64,000 nt of DNA from a bacterium (GTDB lineage: Bacteria; Patescibacteriota; Saccharimonadia; UBA4664; JBBRNT01), in NCBI GenBank assembly GCA_043767845.1, contig JAYUFZ010000010.1:7182-71181 (forward strand), given 5' to 3'. How positions within the stretch are numbered: position 1 is the first letter of the stretch; the number at the start of each line of letters is the position of its first letter. The notes beneath the pieces are model-generated. The model ran no database searches, had not been told where the DNA came from, and saw only the letters and a list, made by a program, of their open reading frames with translations. A program made the translations under genes and the position numbers. Of this stretch, positions 36,827 through 46,361 are shown in pieces.

Positions 36827-36900
36827 GACGTCTCCTTAAAGCTCTCCCAGGATTCTAGCAGAAATATCCGAGGTGGTCAACGATAATCAGCTTTGGAGCC

Positions 36901-37785
36901 TTAGTTTTCAGCTGGTCGGAAGCTATTACTCGGTTTTTCGCAGATAAACCTAATTTTCTTGTCCGTCATACGGATAACAATAGGCGTTCGACCGCTGACC
37001 TTGCCATCGATCATGATGCCGGTCGTCGGCTCGGTTTCGATCATTAGTTTGGTGGCGCCAAAGCGAGTTGTAGCCCGGTCATCGGTGCTCGTTTGAGCGT
37101 GTTTAGCCTTGCTCCAGAGGAACCTGGTGAGTTCACGACGGTTAGGCTGCCTAGTAATACTTACTAGTAATTGGTTTTGGGAGAGGGGATTCAGAAATTT
37201 CTGATTAACCACAGTCAGGCTAAAGATGTCTAGGTCGAGCTCGTAGCTGTCGTCTACTTCGATATGGCCTTTGAGTGTGCCAAAATTGCGGGCATGCCCC
37301 CAACTCTTAGCGGTCTGGGACAGCTTGGCTGCTAGCCTGGTGTCTTGGTTGTACTCCAGGCGCTTATCAAGATCAGTTTCAAAGCCGAGTGTTAGGTTGG
37401 AGAGGAAATACTTCTGGCCACTAGCAATCAGGCTGTAGTCCGATAGGCGCCGTGCTGCAAGTACTGCCACAGCCTGTTGCCAGGTAGTAATCCCGAAGTG
37501 CTCGGCTAGGTTGTTAGAATTACCAATTGGGATAATGCCTACTGCCGACTTGGCGTCGGAGAGACCGTTGATGACTTCGTTGACCGTCTCGTCGCCGCCA
37601 ACGGCTACGATCGTAGCAAATCCGCTAGCAGCCGCTTTTTGAGCGAGTCTGGTGGCGTCACCGGGGCCAGTCGTCTTCACAAACTCCCCGGATATACCAC
37701 ATTGGTTGAGCGCGGCGCGTAATTTCTCCTGGATGGTAGTGAATTTGCCCCGCCCAGCCGTTGGATTGATAATGTAATAGTACAT
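36901..37785 (-). CDS. Diacylglycerol/lipid kinase catalytic-domain protein (YegS/BmrU family)
   Basis: MYYYIINPTAGRGK...IVAVGGDETVNEVINGL. Confidence 0.75.
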   Translation of the reverse strand: MYYYIINPTAGRGKFTTIQEKLRAALNQCGISGEFVKTTGPGDATRLAQKAAASGFATIVAVGGDETVNEVINGLSDAKSAVGIIPIGNSNNLAEHFGITTWQQAVAVLAARRLSDYSLIASGQKYFLSNLTLGFETDLDKRLEYNQDTRLAAKLSQTAKSWGHARNFGTLKGHIEVDDSYELDLDIFSLTVVNQKFLNPLSQNQLLVSITRQPNRRELTRFLWSKAKHAQTSTDDRATTRFGATKLMIETEPTTGIMIDGKVSGRTPIVIRMTDKKIRFICEKPSNSFRPAEN

Positions 37786-37786
37786 A

Positions 37787-38182
37787 TTAGTTTGCCTTAT
37801 GGGTCTCGGCAGTAACCATTTCTCGAGCTGCCCCAGAGAGATTCATGTGGCAGGCTCCCAAGAAAATTGCCCCCGAAGCAATCATGAGAGTGGTTGTTTT
37901 GATATTACCTTCCAGCCGGCCAGTTTCGGTGATTGTCGTTTCGCCCGTGCTTGAAATGTCACCAAATGTTTGGCCACCAATAGCCACGTTTACACCGCTA
38001 ACATTGCCGTGGACGATGGCATTTACGCCAATTGTAACGTTCCCACCGGCGCGTAAGTTGCCAGTTAATTGGCCATCGAGAGTGATATCTCCCTCGGTCG
38101 CTAGATTGCCCTTTACTACCACCCCGGCTGCGATAATGGTTTCTGGCCCTTGGACTACAGATAGAACGTCACGTTTGCGCAT
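37787..38182 (-). CDS. Bactofilin (polymer-forming cytoskeletal beta-helix protein)
   Basis: Repetitive G.V.G.v...G beta-helical repeats: VVVKGNLATEGDITLDGQLTGNLRAGGNVTIGVNAIVHGNVSGVNVAIGG. Confidence 0.75.
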   Translation of the reverse strand: MRKRDVLSVVQGPETIIAAGVVVKGNLATEGDITLDGQLTGNLRAGGNVTIGVNAIVHGNVSGVNVAIGGQTFGDISSTGETTITETGRLEGNIKTTTLMIASGAIFLGACHMNLSGAAREMVTAETHKAN

Positions 38183-38185
38183 AGT

Positions 38186-38665
38186 TTACTCCTTTACAAT
38201 TGTCTGAGTAGCAACTCGTTTGATGGCACCGGACATGGCCTTCTGCTCTTCAGCCGACAACTGGTATTTGCTCTTTCCAAAATCGATTGGTTTAACGTAA
38301 ACCCTCGTACCTCCGCGGCCGTGGATGCTGGTGAGCACATAGCCTGAGTCATGTGAATCGAGAACGGCTAGGCTGAAGCTTTGGTCGCCGCCAGTGTCAC
38401 CAAAAGGATTGAAACGGATAATGGATACTTTCTGAGAGGCGAGACTGGCCATACTGCTGACCGAGCCATAGAGTCTATTCAGCTCATCTAGTCGTGATTC
38501 GACTGACCGTACTTTCTTGTGGTAGCTCACCAATCCCTGCTCGATAGACTTCGTATCGCTGCCGCCGAGTACGTCACCCAGGCGGCTAGTGAGAGCGCGG
38601 AGCTTTCGGTATGTAACGACCCAAGCGACAAATAAAATAGCCAGTCCAGCATAGACAAAATACAT
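38186..38665 (-). CDS. DUF4446-like membrane-anchored protein (commonly paired with bactofilin)
   Basis: N-terminal TM; IIRFNPFGDTGGDQSFSLAVLDSHDSGYVLTSIHGRGGTRVYVKP. Confidence 0.5.
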   Translation of the reverse strand: MYFVYAGLAILFVAWVVTYRKLRALTSRLGDVLGGSDTKSIEQGLVSYHKKVRSVESRLDELNRLYGSVSSMASLASQKVSIIRFNPFGDTGGDQSFSLAVLDSHDSGYVLTSIHGRGGTRVYVKPIDFGKSKYQLSAEEQKAMSGAIKRVATQTIVKE

Positions 38666-38763
38666 ATAATCCTCAAACGATAACAGCTTACAGTATAGCT
38701 GAGTGGGAGCTCATTTAGCAACGGACTTGGCAGGCCTGACAGATATGATATGATAGCTGCATT

Positions 38764-39063
38764 ATGAGTAAGAAGAAGAACCGAAAAAAGCATCAGTTCA
38801 AGCATACTGCTCCACCAAGTGTTCAAACCGAAGGGGTTCAAACTCAGGCCATGGGGCAGCAGGGTTCGAATAGTAAGCCATTAGCTCCACGTAAGTCTTC
38901 AAATGCGGCTCTTGCTGGCGTTGATAATTTTGACTATGTTCCAGGCGATATCAAGCGCGTAGCGATACTGGCATTCGGCTTTATTACCCTACAAATGATA
39001 CTCTGGTATCTCTTTAATCATACCGGGCTTGGTGCTCATGTCTATGGCCTCGTTAAGCTATAA
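38764..39063 (+). CDS. Small protein with a Lys-rich N-terminus and a C-terminal TM helix
   Basis: 99-aa ORF; MSKKKNRKKHQFKH...; hydrophobic C-terminus. Confidence 0.4.
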   Translation: MSKKKNRKKHQFKHTAPPSVQTEGVQTQAMGQQGSNSKPLAPRKSSNAALAGVDNFDYVPGDIKRVAILAFGFITLQMILWYLFNHTGLGAHVYGLVKL

Positions 39064-39094
39064 AGTTCAATAGTTGTAGTAGATTATACAACGA

Positions 39095-40591
39095 TTAGCG
39101 ATAACTTATCGCTTCAGCTAGGTGCTCCACAGTAACATCACTGCTTGAGCCTAGGTCGGCAATAGTCCGAGCAACTCTCAGGCAGCGCATCATTGCTCTG
39201 GCAGAGAGGCTGAGTTTTGATGAAGCAGCGTTGAGGAACTCGCTTGCCTCCCTCGCTAGCGAGCAGAAGCGCTGGGTTTGCTCGGCTGTCATCTGGCTAT
39301 TGGTACTGGCTGGTTCTTTATGTAGGCGCTCCGCTTGAATGGTGCGAGCCGCTTGCACACGATTGGCAATCTCGAAAGTACTTTCGGAGTGGCTTGCCAT
39401 TAGTAGTTGGTCATTCGGTAAGCGGTTCATTTGGATGTGGAGGTCGATCCTGTCGAGTAGCGGTCCGGAAATTTTGGTGGCGTAGCTGGCCACACGGGCG
39501 GGGGAGCAGACACAGGATTGCTGGGTATCGCCGGCATAACCGCAGGGGCAGGGATTGGACGTCGCTACCAGCAGAAAGTTGGCTGGATAGGTAACTTTAA
39601 GATTGGCTCTGGTAACGGCAATCGATCCATCCTCAAGCGGTTGGCGAAGTGCTTCTAGGACCGATCGAGGGAACTCGGGTAACTCATCAAGAAATAGGAT
39701 GCCATTGTGGCTGAGGCTTATCTCACCTGGCAGCGGTATACGCCCTCCGCCTACCATCGCAACCGAACTAGCAGTGTGGTGCGGTGACCGAAAGGGCCTG
39801 GCGGTTATAAGGTTTGTGGCGTCGCCCGCCGAGTAGCTGTGTATTTTGGTTACCTCAAGACTTTCTTCTAGGGTTAACCTAGGCATGATCCCAGGCAGTG
39901 CCTTGGCCAACATGCTCTTACCGCAGCCGGGTGGGCCGCTCAGCAAGATATTATGCCCTCCCGCTGCAGCGATCTCGAGACCTCGCTTAGCGAGGGCTTG
40001 ACCTTTAACATGTGCAAAATTTGTTGTAATACTCGCAACATTATTATTAAACTTTGAGTTTGGGAGGATGGTAAGTAGCTGCTCATTCGTCAGATGCCGA
40101 TAGACATCAGTCAAGCTGGTGGCCGCGTAGACCTTTACGCCTTGCAAGTAGGCCAGCTGACGAGCATTGGCATGGCTGGTAATGATAGACCTGAAACCCT
40201 GGGCCATGGCTAGCTCACCGGCTGCTAAGGCGCCTTTTGTGGGGCGCAAGCTACCATCAAGGGCCAGCTCTCCAATAAACAATACGCCAGCAATGCTATC
40301 GTGGCTCACTTGCTCACTTGCGGCTAATATAGCCACAGCCATGGCTAGATCAAAACTGGTCCCATCTTTTGGGAGATCAGCAGGGGCAAGATTGAGTGTA
40401 ATACGCTTGGGCGGCATGACCAGCTGACTATTTTTGATAGCGCTACGGATTCGGTCCTTGGCCTCGCTTACTGCTTTGTCGCCCAGCCCCACAATAATAC
40501 AGCCCGGTAGGCTATTACTGATGTCGCATTCGACCTCGATTTTTTGGCTACCGACTCCAATCGGCACGGCACTCAGTGCTGTAGCTAACAT
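39095..40591 (-). CDS. comM: YifB/ComM family Mg-chelatase-like AAA+ ATPase
   Basis: ILLSGPPGCGKSMLAKALPGIMP, LDELPEF, C-terminal ChlI-like domain. Confidence 0.85.
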   Translation of the reverse strand: MLATALSAVPIGVGSQKIEVECDISNSLPGCIIVGLGDKAVSEAKDRIRSAIKNSQLVMPPKRITLNLAPADLPKDGTSFDLAMAVAILAASEQVSHDSIAGVLFIGELALDGSLRPTKGALAAGELAMAQGFRSIITSHANARQLAYLQGVKVYAATSLTDVYRHLTNEQLLTILPNSKFNNNVASITTNFAHVKGQALAKRGLEIAAAGGHNILLSGPPGCGKSMLAKALPGIMPRLTLEESLEVTKIHSYSAGDATNLITARPFRSPHHTASSVAMVGGGRIPLPGEISLSHNGILFLDELPEFPRSVLEALRQPLEDGSIAVTRANLKVTYPANFLLVATSNPCPCGYAGDTQQSCVCSPARVASYATKISGPLLDRIDLHIQMNRLPNDQLLMASHSESTFEIANRVQAARTIQAERLHKEPASTNSQMTAEQTQRFCSLAREASEFLNAASSKLSLSARAMMRCLRVARTIADLGSSSDVTVEHLAEAISYR

Positions 40592-40709
40592 TATTTACTC
40601 CCGTTGGATTGAATATACCGAACGAAATACGAACAGTCAAGATTATTTTGTACGGAAGTGTTGTCAGTGACCTTTGACAGATCTCTAAACTTCGTCTATA
40701 GTAGTCCAA

Positions 40710-41504
40710 ATGAATGAAGAACTCATAAGTAGCGTCGAAGACCTGGGGCTGAGCGAGAAAGAAGCTCGGGTTTATATTGCCTGCCTGACGCTTGGGCCTG
40801 CACCGGTGCAGAAGATTGCTGAGCAGTCGGGGATTAAGCGGGTTACTACCTATGTGATTCTCGAGGCTTTGAGTGGGCTTGGGCTGGTGAGCCAGAGTAC
40901 CAAAGCTAAAAAGACGCTGTTTATTCCAGAAGACCCTACAGCGTTGCGCCGCTTATTAGTTAAAAAGGAGCAGTCTCTCAAGGAGCAGAAGAGTAGTTTT
41001 GAAGAAATCCTGCCCAAACTCCAGCTCCTCGAATTTTTGCCGACCGATTCGCCAACTGTGCAGTTCTATGATAGCCCCGAGGGTATCAGGAATGTGATGA
41101 GTACTTTTTACGAGCGGCATAAGGGTATTGATATGGTCTACGGCATGACTAATCTAGATCAACTGTTCGAATTTTTCCCTGAAATTAGCCAGGAGAGCAG
41201 TAACCCAGAACGCACCAAGGCACGAATTTCTAGCCGGATCATCTATACTACCAAAAAAGGTCCGATTCTGCGTGATTCCGACTCGGAGAGAAACCGAATA
41301 TCCAGGTATGTACCAATCGATAAGTATCCTTTCAGTGCCGACATTAGCATCGTAGGTAATTTTATCGTGATGATGACGCTTTCAGGTAGTAAGCCGATTG
41401 CGGTTACAATCGAGAGCGTGCTGCTGGCCCAAAGCCTGACAGCCGCTTTTAATCTGGCTTGGGTAGGCGCTGAACCATACAATGACAGTTCTTCTAAGAA
41501 TTAA
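40710..41504 (+). CDS. TrmB-family transcriptional regulator
   Basis: N-terminal HTH SEKEARVYIACLTLGPAPVQKIAEQSGIKRVTTYVILEAL. Confidence 0.6.
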   Translation: MNEELISSVEDLGLSEKEARVYIACLTLGPAPVQKIAEQSGIKRVTTYVILEALSGLGLVSQSTKAKKTLFIPEDPTALRRLLVKKEQSLKEQKSSFEEILPKLQLLEFLPTDSPTVQFYDSPEGIRNVMSTFYERHKGIDMVYGMTNLDQLFEFFPEISQESSNPERTKARISSRIIYTTKKGPILRDSDSERNRISRYVPIDKYPFSADISIVGNFIVMMTLSGSKPIAVTIESVLLAQSLTAAFNLAWVGAEPYNDSSSKN

Positions 41505-41540
41505 TCGTAAGTAGTATAAGATTTTTGGCGCCATAAACTA

Positions 41541-41570
41541 TTGACGATACTGGCCAAATAGTAGTAGAAT
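41541..41570 (+). promoter_or_regulatory. Sigma70-type promoter (TTGACG-18-TAGAAT) driving the non-coding region
   Basis: ttgacg 41541-41546; tagaat 41565-41570. Confidence 0.5.
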
Positions 41571-41576
41571 GGTCTC

Positions 41577-42126
41577 GCTTCCTCTATTATGGCTAGTAGT
41601 GGAGGAAAAGTTCTCAGTTCATTGCAACACCAAATCTTAGGCGCTCGCCTAAGGCGTACGGGGCAGATCGTCCCGTCCGTGTCCCTCAGAAGGGAGCAAG
41701 ATGAATGTCTAAGCGCATTCTCCAGTCGCTCACTTCTGTCTACCTCACGCCGCCAACGTGACCTGACAAGAGGTGAGCGCTGTCACTGTTTGGCTTTTCG
41801 CTCTTAACCGACAGCGCGGAGCGACTAGCCGAAAGAGGGGCAAGAAGCGGACAGGATAGGCCTATCCACCCAATTCAAGCCTCTCACCCCCCTTGAGACC
41901 CCACCTCCCAGCGAATTGGGGACTCAAGAAGCCGCGTTGGGGTGGACCCGCCGAAGTATGGCGGGTTCATCCCAGCAAAGCAGCATCGTCGGCCTTCGGG
42001 CCATATCCTGCAGTCTCACTGCAACCCCGAAACACAGTTCAACCGCAACACATGCGACCCAGTTACCTAGCTACGGCTACGCGACTGGGTCGTAAGCATT
42101 TTATGGCCCCAAGTAGGGCTTTTTTT
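41577..42126 (+). ncRNA. Candidate about 545-nt structured non-coding RNA of unknown class
   Basis: No credible ORF; many GC-rich hairpins with UUCG/GNRA-like loops (ggccTTCGggcc, cccgccGAAGTATggcggg, ggataggcctatcc, cgcctaaggcg); bounded by the promoter above and a T7 run at 42119-42126. Confidence 0.45.
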
Positions 42127-42151
42127 GATTCCTAAGCTGGTGAAACCTAGA

Positions 42152-43201
42152 TTAAGCTTCGCCTTTATACCACTTGGCTGCAAATTCAGGTGCGATAGGA
42201 TTGATGATAACGCCCGTAGAGAGTTCAAAGCCGGCCCAAATATTCGGCCGTGGCTCAATCTTGAGGTGGAAATGTTGCTCTTCGCCGGGCAAGGAGTCTT
42301 GGAGGAAGAAATTGTAGTCGATTTGGGCCGAATCTAGCTTCTCAGTAATCTTCTTGAGCATAATAGCGATAGAGTGGCGTTCGCCGGCTGAGAGGTCGCA
42401 GAAGCGTGGACGGGGGGTCTTAGGTAATATCCAGACGCCAAAGGCCTCACGGACTGCGTAGGGAGAGATAGCAATGGCCTGGTCGTCCTCGAAGATGACC
42501 CTTTCCTTTTGCTCTTGTTCCCAGCGGATGATGTCGGCAAATGGGGAACTGCCGTGTTTACGGACATATTCGTCGAAAGCGGCGGCTTCCATCTCGACCG
42601 TCGGTGGTATAAACGGGAGCGCCACAATCTGGGAGTGGGAGTGGCCAATGCTTGCGCCGGCTCGCGGTCCGCTATTCTTGAAAATGACTACATAGCGAAT
42701 ACCAGGTTCTTGGATTAAGACTTTGTAACGGGCCAAATAAGCTTCAAAAACTGCCTCCATATGGTCGACACTGAGCTCTGAGAAGAAGGCATGGAAGTCT
42801 GGGGTGTCGACTACGACTTCTTGGCTGCCAAAAGCCTTTTCATTGGTCATGGAGAGCGCTGAATACAAATTTTTGACTACTTTGGTACGCCAATTTCCGG
42901 ATAAATCCTTCACTTCAAAGATACTCTCATCCTTGGTAAAGGCTGCTTTTTCGGCGCGCGGCCGTGGGGCGTCATGGAGTCCACCAAAACTATCCGGCCG
43001 CTGGTTGCGCCGGGGCGCCACGATTACATAACGGTCAAGGAAGTAGTGTTTGCGGATTTCGGAATCGGGTGGCGTCGCTGGGGCAGGTTGCCCTGGTGTC
43101 ACGGCTGGCTGTGCCTTAGGGGTCTGAGGCGTAGACTCGAGGCGAGAGCTTGGCAGCATGCCTCGACGGTGGAGATATTGTGCGTGTTTTTCTATTTCCA
43201 T
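42152..43201 (-). CDS. galT: Galactose-1-phosphate uridylyltransferase-like HIT-family enzyme (GalT) with a Pro-rich N-terminal extension
   Basis: GASIGHSHSQIVALPF (H-x-H-x-Q active site), IRKHYFLDRYVIVAPRRNQRP; low-complexity PQTPKAQPAVTPGQPAPATPP N-terminus. Confidence 0.75.
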   Translation of the reverse strand: MEIEKHAQYLHRRGMLPSSRLESTPQTPKAQPAVTPGQPAPATPPDSEIRKHYFLDRYVIVAPRRNQRPDSFGGLHDAPRPRAEKAAFTKDESIFEVKDLSGNWRTKVVKNLYSALSMTNEKAFGSQEVVVDTPDFHAFFSELSVDHMEAVFEAYLARYKVLIQEPGIRYVVIFKNSGPRAGASIGHSHSQIVALPFIPPTVEMEAAAFDEYVRKHGSSPFADIIRWEQEQKERVIFEDDQAIAISPYAVREAFGVWILPKTPRPRFCDLSAGERHSIAIMLKKITEKLDSAQIDYNFFLQDSLPGEEQHFHLKIEPRPNIWAGFELSTGVIINPIAPEFAAKWYKGEA

Positions 43202-43290
43202 ATGACATTAGCATAACAACTAACCGGGCACTCGGCTAGCGGTTGGCCTGCAATTATGGATCAGCTTTATTTCTGGGTTATACTAAGGGC

Positions 43291-44463
43291 ATGGAAGAAG
43301 CTAAGCCGTCCAAAATCCATATCTTAGTTCTCACAGCCCCGGTAGGCGGCGGTCATGTAGCAACAGCCCGTGTTCTCGCCGAAACCTTGGCTGAACGGAG
43401 TCCGGCTCATGTTGAAGTTAAGCTTGTCGATGTCATGGAGAAAGCCAGCGACCTTATCCAGGTCGACAAGATGGCAAGTTCCACATACCAAGCGGCTACT
43501 CAGTACCTAAAATCTTACCCTTATAAGCTGTTTTATGATTTTGCCGATAGCAAAGCGAAGCTAGTAAATCGGTTTTTTACAGCAGTTTTTCGCGACGCAG
43601 CTGTCCAATTACTCGAAGACTACAGGCCAGATGTTGTAGTTTCTACATTTCCTATCATCAGCTATGCCGCGACGCGAGTGATCCGCGAGCGCAGCCCCAA
43701 GCATATTCCGGTTATCAGTATCGTTACCGACGCCGGTGACGTCCAGCGGTTATGGTTGATGGGTGTCGAGGACGCAATTCTTGTAGCCACACCGGAAACC
43801 AAGGACTATGCTGTGGCGCATGGGGTTGAGGCTAGCCGCCTGCAATACCTAGGCTTCCCAGTGTCCAAAGCCTATACCCGGCTCCTAGGCAAGTCCCAGG
43901 CTCGTAAGGAGTTGGGCCTAGCCGATATGCCGACTGTGCTTCTGACATGCGGTGGTTTGGGCCTCAGCCCCGGCAAATTCTTCAAAGTGGCCAAGGAGTT
44001 TGCCCGCCAAAAGCTGGATTATCAGCTAGTGTTCGTCTGTGGTCGCAATCAGGCGCTGGCAACCAGAGTGGCTAAACTAAAGTTTAGCGGGCCAAGCGTG
44101 GTCTACGGCTATGCCAATAATCAGCCGATGCTGGTGGCGGCTTGCGATATTATCGTTGGTAAAGCTGGCTGGATAACCCTAGCTGAAGCTATAACCGCCA
44201 GGCGGCCTACAGTCATATTTGATGTCATACCTGGCCAAGAAGAGCCAAATGCCGCCTTTATGGAGCGGCACAAAGTGGGCGTGGTAGCCGAGCAGCCAGA
44301 GATGGTACCCGGTATTGTAACTGACTACCTTGAAGATGAGTTGGCCATGCGACGCTACGAGAAGGCAGTTGAACGCCTTGGTTTCGATGGGTCGGCAGCC
44401 GCACGGATTGCTGACTTTATTATTGCTCAGGTTGAGCCAGCGCCTAAGCCGGCTAAGATTTAG
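43291..44463 (+). CDS. GT28-family diacylglycerol glycosyltransferase (MGDG synthase / UgtP-like)
   Basis: IHILVLTAPVGGGHVATARVLAETL N-terminus and a C-terminal Glyco_tran_28-like domain; start taken at MEEAKPSK (ORF-track start 43243). Confidence 0.7.
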   Translation: MEEAKPSKIHILVLTAPVGGGHVATARVLAETLAERSPAHVEVKLVDVMEKASDLIQVDKMASSTYQAATQYLKSYPYKLFYDFADSKAKLVNRFFTAVFRDAAVQLLEDYRPDVVVSTFPIISYAATRVIRERSPKHIPVISIVTDAGDVQRLWLMGVEDAILVATPETKDYAVAHGVEASRLQYLGFPVSKAYTRLLGKSQARKELGLADMPTVLLTCGGLGLSPGKFFKVAKEFARQKLDYQLVFVCGRNQALATRVAKLKFSGPSVVYGYANNQPMLVAACDIIVGKAGWITLAEAITARRPTVIFDVIPGQEEPNAAFMERHKVGVVAEQPEMVPGIVTDYLEDELAMRRYEKAVERLGFDGSAAARIADFIIAQVEPAPKPAKI

Positions 44464-45163
44464 CTTCGTGGCCTTTCATACGCTTGCCGTGCAGAACTGA
44501 CTTCATCCAGCGCAAGGGGTAATCGGTGTAGGCGGCAGGAGATTTCAGGCGCCTAGCGGACATCGAGCTCACCAGCAACGGGTCATATTTGATGACGCCG
44601 TGGCGAGACAGGTGGCTCGCAAGGTCCATATCTTCGTGCATACCGCTATCATCAACGCAGACTTCGCTGCTGATCAATTCCCAGGCACTTTTGCGCATGG
44701 CCATATTGGAGCCGAACAGCACCTCATGGCCCATGAAGATTTTACTAGTTTTAAAGTAGAGGCCAGTATGCAGCCGCTGTCCAACCCCTTTAATCTTATT
44801 CAAGGCATCCCAGTCGTAGAAGAAGCAGGGCCCGGTAATGCCAATGATACTTGGGTCAGCTTCGAAATCAGCAATGATCTGCTCTACCCAGTCCGGCGGC
44901 ACGATGGTATCAGCATCGCAACGTGCGATGATATCACCCTTGGCGGCGTTAAAGCCGGCATTGCGGGTGGGAGCAATTCCTTGCTTTGACTCGCTGATGA
45001 CTGTGGCTCCGAGACTCTCCGAGATTGCTCTGGTATCGTCCTTGGAATTATTGTCGATCACCAGAATTTCGAGTGGTTTGACGGTTTGTTCGGCGAGGCT
45101 GGAGAGGCAATTCTCTATGAAACCACTCTCATTGTAGGCTGGGATAACGACGCTAACTTTCAT
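44453..45163 (-). CDS. Family-2 glycosyltransferase
   Basis: MKVSVVIPAYNESGFIENCLSSLAEQT...LVIDNNSKDDT, DAD-like motif. Confidence 0.8.
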   Translation of the reverse strand: MKVSVVIPAYNESGFIENCLSSLAEQTVKPLEILVIDNNSKDDTRAISESLGATVISESKQGIAPTRNAGFNAAKGDIIARCDADTIVPPDWVEQIIADFEADPSIIGITGPCFFYDWDALNKIKGVGQRLHTGLYFKTSKIFMGHEVLFGSNMAMRKSAWELISSEVCVDDSGMHEDMDLASHLSRHGVIKYDPLLVSSMSARRLKSPAAYTDYPLRWMKSVLHGKRMKGHEAKS

Positions 45164-45208
45164 ATCTTAACTTTAGCATAAAGTTTTTGATCATGACAAT
45201 TTGGTGCT

Positions 45209-46030
45209 ATGATCAGTGAGATGAAGAAAAGCAACGCTAAATTCCAAGGGGCAGCGCTGATTACCGGAGCCTCTTCCGGCTTTGGGCTGGAGTTCGCTAA
45301 GCTGTTTGCGGCTGATGGTTACGACTTGTTAGTAACGGCTCGTCCAGGCAGTAAGTTGGCTAAAATTGCCACCGATCTGGCTGGGCAATACGGCGTGCGC
45401 GTTGAGTTTACGGAGCTCGATTTAGCCGAACCTGCGTCGGCCGCGCAGCTTCATGCTTGGACGACCAAACTTGGCTGGAAGGTGAGTTATCTCATAAACA
45501 ATGCCGGGGTTGGTATATATGGTAAGTTTGCGAGTAATGCCTGGTCACGTGAGCTAGAGCTAATTGAGCTCAATGTCCGGGCACTTGCCGAACTCTGCCA
45601 CCTATACTTACCGGATATGGCTGGTTATGGTGGCGGCCGGGTACTCAATGTCTCCTCAATTGCCGCATTCCAGCCAGGTGCTTACTACTCAACCTACTTT
45701 GCTAGTAAGGCCTTTGTACTCCTCTTTAGTGAAGCTCTGGCTTTGGAGTCAGCTGAAGATAACATTACTGTTACCACGCTTTGCCCAGGTGTCTCACGGA
45801 CCAACTTCTTTGACCGTGCCCAGATGAAACGAAGCTCACTCATTCTCCGAACCTATCTTATGAACCCTAAGGATGTGGCCAGCGCTGGCTACCGAGGGCT
45901 GCACCGTGGCGCCGGCCTTGTAACCCCTGGCTTACGGAATCAAGTTGTCTCTAAGAGTTATCGTTGGCTGCCGCGCCAGGCGATAGCCAAAATAACCCGC
46001 GAACTAGTCAAAAATGCCGCCCGTGGCTAG
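45209..46030 (+). CDS. Short-chain dehydrogenase/reductase (SDR)
   Basis: AALITGASSGFGLEFAKL (TGxxxGxG), NNAG, YxxxK (YFASKAF). Confidence 0.85.
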   Translation: MISEMKKSNAKFQGAALITGASSGFGLEFAKLFAADGYDLLVTARPGSKLAKIATDLAGQYGVRVEFTELDLAEPASAAQLHAWTTKLGWKVSYLINNAGVGIYGKFASNAWSRELELIELNVRALAELCHLYLPDMAGYGGGRVLNVSSIAAFQPGAYYSTYFASKAFVLLFSEALALESAEDNITVTTLCPGVSRTNFFDRAQMKRSSLILRTYLMNPKDVASAGYRGLHRGAGLVTPGLRNQVVSKSYRWLPRQAIAKITRELVKNAARG

Positions 46031-46287
46031 TCTTTATGGCGTTTTTGCTTGTTCAGTTTATGATAGATAACTGCCATCAATAGGATTACTGGCAGTGTGC
46101 AGATCACGGTCACCGTCGGCGTGTATTCGAGCGCCGGGAAAATGAGCTTCAGGTCGAGAATGTCGGCAATATTCAGGTAGGTCCATTGTTGATGTGAAAC
46201 GGCATAGAAGAAAAGGATGGCTAAATGTAGAAGGGCCATGCACAGAACGGTCAAAAGTACGGTTTTGAGGTAGGTATTATTTTTCAT
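46027..46287 (-). CDS. Small two-TM membrane protein
   Basis: 86-aa hydrophobic ORF. Confidence 0.4.
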   Translation of the reverse strand: MKNNTYLKTVLLTVLCMALLHLAILFFYAVSHQQWTYLNIADILDLKLIFPALEYTPTVTVICTLPVILLMAVIYHKLNKQKRHKD

Positions 46288-46361
46288 GAGCTTATCGTAG
46301 CATAGCCAGGCTTAAGCGGGAAGAAATTGCTAGTCGAGGGCCAGCATGTCATAATCTACTT

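Noticed and set aside
41589-41807. 72-aa Arg-rich ORF at the 5' end of the candidate ncRNA
   Set aside because: No Shine-Dalgarno sequence. The composition is driven by a GC-rich structured sequence. A non-coding interpretation is favoured.
41541-42126. Considered whether this non-coding region is tmRNA or RNase P RNA
   Set aside because: No GGGG...tRNA-like 5' end, no T-arm/ACCA 3' end and no P4 GAGGAAAGUCC motif. The genuine ssrA (48460-48848) and rnpB (32604-33025) are identified elsewhere in the window.
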